Below are positions 58,831-64,000 of a stretch of DNA of 64,000 bases, piece by piece. Position 1 is the first letter of the stretch; the number at the start of each line of letters is the position of its first letter. Origin of the DNA: the human T2T-CHM13v2.0 reference genome, Homo sapiens; assembly GCF_009914755.1 (NCBI RefSeq), contig NC_060925.1; one strand, written 5' to 3'. The notes under the pieces were generated by a model. That model was given only the letters and a program-made list of their open reading frames with translations, made no database searches and was not told the DNA's origin. The position numbers and the translations under genes are program-made.

Positions 58831-59943
58831 AGCACTTTGTGGAGGCCCTGAAGGCAGCATGTAAGGTGGTAACACGGTAGACATTCTGCCCCAGGTTTCA
58901 GACATTGTTAGGCTGAAGCTTTTATTGGAGGTCAAGGCAGCTAATAAAGTGGGCCGTGCAATTACAAGAGCATTCAGCAGAGAAGGATGGCTGACCCTCT
59001 CGGCAGGCTGAGAGCAGAGGAAGCGGTTGGCAGCTCCTAGTCCTCCCATGATGGCTTTACGAGCATTTTTTTGCAGCCGGGGTGGTAAATGCGATACAAA
59101 GGCATGGTTTCAATATATCCAGTCAGGCACTCTGCTTCCTGTGTGAGGCATCCACTTGGGGGAAGGAAGTTGCCCGGCTGTGGGCTTTTTGTGGTGGTGG
59201 TTTCTGCTAATTTACCTTTTTTATAGAGGGCTCATAATTATTAGGGATCCTCCATAATGCCCCTTTATGGTGGTCAGGAAGGAGATAACAAAATGATGCA
59301 GAGGTTTAGGAGGCTTCTCCAGGGTCACCCAGAAAACCTCTGGATTCTGAATCTCCTTCAAAGATTTAAGAGGATTTATTTATGCTGCTCTCTTGCCCAT
59401 GTGGATCTCCTTGACACTACACTCCGTGAGCGTAGTTAATGTCCTGTCTTGTTCACTTTGTTTTTTGTTTGGTGCCTGTGTACCAAGTAGATTTCTGGTG
59501 TTTTGAAAAAAAAAATCACCCGTCCACTGCTGCATAACCAAAACGTCACTGGTGTGAAGGAAGAGGATGATAGAGGATGGGACGGTGGTGACAAATGGCG
59601 GGATGGGAGATGATGCCTGGGTGAGTCCTGGAAAGTGCCGTGATGCCATCCCACTGACATGGCCTCCTGTATTCCAGCAAAGAGTGAAATTCACAGGGAG
59701 CACAGAGTAAGAGCAGCGCCTTCACCTCGGTGGAGCTTAGTCTAGGCATTTATGGGTCGGCTGGTTTGAGGGTCCTTGCATTTCTTGTCAGTCAATACGT
59801 CCTTGTTTTGGCTAAGTCTCATGCCCTCATATCCACTTCTACCCTTGCAGAATAAAGACATGTGGGAATGCTCACTGGATGCTTACAATTGGTTCCAGGT
59901 GTTCCAGGGACGAAACTTATCAGAACCAAACATAGAGGGCAAA

Positions 59944-60306
59944 TGTCTTAGCCAATTCATGCTGCTATAACAAAATACCACGAACTGGGTGGCTTATAAA
60001 CAACAGAAATACTGATTTCTCACGGTTCTGGAGGCTGGGAATTCTGAGATCAAGGCCCCATCAGATTGAGTGTCTTGTGAGGTCTGCTTTTTGATTCATA
60101 GATGGCACTGTCTTGCTGTGTCCTCACGTAGTGGAAGGGACTGGCTAGCTCTCCAGGGTCTGTTTTGTAAGGGCAGGAATCCCAATTATGAGAGCTCTGC
60201 CTTCATGACCCAGTTTGCTCCCAAAGGCCCACCTCCTACTACCATCACTTTGGGGGTTAGGTTTCAACATGATTTTGGGGAGAACATAAGCGTTCAGTCT
60301 GTTGCA
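59944..60306 (-). mobile_element. MLT1A-like MaLR LTR
   Basis: tgtcttagc...gctgctataacaaaataccacgaactgggtggcttataaacaacagaaat...ctggaggctggga. Confidence 0.8.
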
Positions 60307-60713
60307 GCAAGCATGAGGTCACTTGTCTAGACACTGACCCCTCAGGCAGTGTTCATGTTTGGTTTAATTTTTCCCTTTATCTGGTAATTGATTCTGCACT
60401 GTCTCCATTATTTGGTGAGATGGTAACATGTGATTACATCCCAATGGAGTTGGGCATGGGAATAAGAAGGAAATCTCCCTTTAAAGGCTTTGGACTACCT
60501 TGGAGTTTGAAGAGAGTGGAGGAATGCAGTGAGCTGGTTTTGATCTTTTGGTGAAAGTGACAAGGAGGCAGGATGGTTTTTCCACGGACATTGACAGGGT
60601 CGTGCTGGTTCTCCCAAAGAGAAATAGAGTAGAGTTCATCACATTAGTTAAGAGCACCTCTTCAGCACATTATATCTCTTCAGCACATCGTTTAAGAGCA
60701 TCGTCTTTAATAA

Positions 60714-61034
<321 letters not shown>

Positions 61035-62399
61035 TCACTATCCTATGTCAATTGAAATAAAGGCCATTAATTTTTAACACTGTATAAATTGCCTTTTCTC
61101 CTGGGAACTTCAGCATATTCTTTTAAATTATTAGCATTTTATAATCATAGAACGATGGCATAGAAGGAACCTACAGGGTGTCCAGCATTGCATTACAGTT
61201 CCCTGATGAAGAGCATGGTTCTTGGGGTCTGGCCATCCCATCAGGATTTGTATATTTTGCTCTGCCGCATACCAGCTCTGGGAACCTAGAGAAGGCCTTA
61301 ACCATTTTCCGTGTTGGTTTCCTCGCTTGCACGATGGTGTTAATCATAATAACTGCTTCACAGGCGTGTTTTGTCTGCTGCATGGTAGTCATTCATTAAA
61401 TGTGAGTATCCAAGCTCCCATCCCAAACTGCCAGAAGGGAAAAGTAAAACTTACACTTTTAGACAGCGACCTCCTGACTCCAGGGTTCATTCCATCTCAT
61501 TAACAGTCAGTTCATTCATTTTTCATTTCCTTATCCATCCACCTGTTTATCCACTCATCTACCTGTCCAGCATTTCTTTGGCCTTCACCGTACATTCGTG
61601 TGTCTAGACTTGGTGGTGGGGATGTAAAGATGACTAAGACACAGCCCTTGCCCTCAAGTCCCTCCCAGTCTGGTGGGGGGGGTGGGTACAGAAGCCACGT
61701 GGTAAGTGCAGAGTTACGACACTTGGGGAGCAGCCAGCATGGCTCCGGGCTGCTGGAACATTGCATCTTTCTTTTCTTACAGGCCCCGCCTAAGAAGTAT
61801 CATGGCTGGGAGGGAGTCGGAAGGGGTAGCTTCCTAGAAGGGGTGATGATGGAGAGGAGTTAGTGAGAGAAGACTGAGGAAGGTGAGGAATCTCATAGCT
61901 AGAGACCAGAAACGGCCTTGAGGGGCTGCAGGAACCCAAAGAAATGCAGCATTGACAGACAGGAGGTGTCCAAAGTGGGTGGCCCAGCTGGGCATGGTGG
62001 CTCACACCTGTAATGCCAGCAATTTAGGAGGCCGAGGCGGGCAGATCACCTGAGGTCAGGAGTTCAAGACCAGCCTGGCCAACATGGTGAAACCCCATCT
62101 CTACTAAAAATACAAAAATTAGCCAGATGTGGTTGTATGCGCCTGTAATTCCAGCTACTTGGGAGGCTGAGGCAGGAGAATTGCTTGAACCCAGGAGGCG
62201 GAGGTTGCAGGGAGCCGATATTGCATCACTGCGCTCCAGCCTGGGTGACAGAGCGAGACTCCATCTCAAAAAACAAAAACAAAAACAAAACAAAGAGGGT
62301 GGCCCACCACATCAATTTCACAAGAAGTGAAATAACAATGTAAGATTTATATGTCAGTTTTAACAAGTGATGATACCGTGTAATACATCAGTATAGCAG

Positions 62400-62830
62400 T
62401 ACGATAGCCATGTTCATAGCAGCCTTATTCACAATAGCTAAAATGTAGAAGCTACCCAAGTGTCTGCTGACACATGAATGACTAAGCAAAATGTGGTATA
62501 TCCATGCAATGGAATAGTATCCAGCCCTAAAAAAAGGAGATTCAGGCACAGGCTATGACCTGGATGAACCCTGAGGACATTATGCCAAGTGAAATAAGCC
62601 AGTCACAAAGACAAATATTATATGATTCTGGTGATATGAGATACTTAGTGTAGTGAGATTCATAGACATAGAAAGTAGGATGGTGGTTACCAAGAATTGG
62701 GGAAGATGAAAAGAATTCTGCATATGGAAGGTGGTGGTGGTTGCACAATGGTGGGGGCGTACATAATGTCACTGAGCTGCACGCTGAAAAATTATTATGA
62801 GAGGTCAATGTTATGTTGTTTTACTGGGCG
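62400..62830 (+). mobile_element. L1MB 3'-end fragment
   Basis: catgttcatagcagccttattcacaatagc...gaggacattatgccaagtgaaataagccagtcacaaagacaaata. Confidence 0.8.
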
Positions 62831-64000
62831 CACACACACGGAAAGTAGTATAAGTTGTGTCACAAAATTGTATTTGACGGAAGTGATATCCCTGTGCACT
62901 GGTCGCCCAGTGACGGCTCATGAGGGTAATCATGGTAATACGTACAATCTGACCACCAGAGACTCCCAAGCACGTTACAAGCAGTCTCACGTTTGATCCA
63001 CCCTATGAGACAGGCCACTTTACGGGTAAAGAAGCTCAGTGAGGTTAGATGCCTGGAGACGCGGGCCGGGGAGGCTGTGGTCCTGCACTCACTGCACAGC
63101 CCTTCCTGCTCCCCGGCCTCCCTGTGAGGCTCACTGCAGTCCCTTGGAGGGAAAGGGGATGCTATTGAGAATTGGGGCCAGGTGAATGGCTATAGAGGGA
63201 TGCAGGAGTCCCCCCCACCTTTTTCTCTCCTTTCTCTTACTTCCACGGACCTTCTGAGAATAGGGCTGGCCCTGGCAGCCAAGAGCCCCTTAGCTCCTCC
63301 CTCTGCATTTGCCGTGGTACGACGTGTGACACGGGCCAGACCCACGCTGCTCTGTTCTGCAGGACTCAGTGCAAGACGGCTCTTTTATTTGTGCCTGTGG
63401 TCGTTAGAAAAGTTTTACACGGGCAGGGCAGTCGTCATCACTAAGTAAACACATTGAGCCGGCAAATCAATCTTTGTGAGAGCAGCACATTAAATGGTTC
63501 CCTGCATAGTAGTTACTGATACATTACTATAATTACATCGCACATTTTGCAGTAAACTCCAAAAAAATGATTTATTATCTCTTGGGTGCTTGACAGCAAT
63601 ATGCTCAATGGCAGCATAACTTTTCCAAATCTGCCCACACATTTTATGTGTGTGACTCTTTTGGAATTAGACCAAATGGACCCTTTTAAAGATCTGCTGA
63701 GTTAACACCACCTTATATTTATATGGCTGCGTTCTTCAGGCCACACTGTACTGGGTCATTGCCACTATTTTCCCACCTTTCTCTTTACACCCCTTTAAGG
63801 AGTATCATGGCCAGATGTGGCGTGGTGTCTCTTAAATTCACTTAATAGACAAAAGAGAAGGACATCTCTAACAGTAATACAAGAAAAAAAAAGAGAGAGA
63901 AGGACAGAGAGACCAAGAAACTCTTTTTTTACTCCTATTCAGCAACTATGTATGTACTTATTTATTTATTTATTTATTTACTGAGACAGAACCTTGCTCT

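Noticed and set aside
60658-60688. 13-bp direct repeat ctcttcagcacat (REST half-site-like)
   Set aside because: It is a small local duplication, and the GGACAG half of an RE1 site is absent.

Overview
Human (primate) genomic DNA. I recognise it as chr1q44, covering the 3' tail of EFCAB2, a repeat-dense intergenic stretch, and the CpG-island promoter, exons 1-2 and the start of the large intron 2 of KIF26B (+ strand). The only firm coding sequence is KIF26B exon 1 (44890-44952) and exon 2 (45748-46149). A short Alu-derived terminal coding exon (11354-11382, DGVSLRRPG*) probably belongs to an EFCAB2 isoform; this assignment is from memory. Also present are a decayed AKR1B1-type processed pseudogene (- strand, ~12512-13893), a full-length U1 snRNA pseudogene (- strand, 23392-23554), about 40 Alus, L1/L2/MIR remnants, MLT1 LTRs, an MER41B and an MER41A solo LTR, and several tandem or palindromic repeats. 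I see no evidence of a prokaryote-type system or a new protein-coding gene; the long ORFs in the track are repeat or GC artefacts. The most interesting observations are: (i) an Alu-exonised terminal exon followed by a hairpin with poly(A) signals on both strands and an antisense aldose-reductase retrocopy; (ii) an Alu-L1 chimeric insertion under one TSD; (iii) a U1 copy with an altered 5' splice-site recognition arm and an unexplained 3' extension; (iv) three uORFs in the KIF26B leader; (v) an AT-rich palindrome cluster and a 10-mer minisatellite upstream of KIF26B. Repeat subfamily calls and repeat boundaries were made by eye and are approximate.
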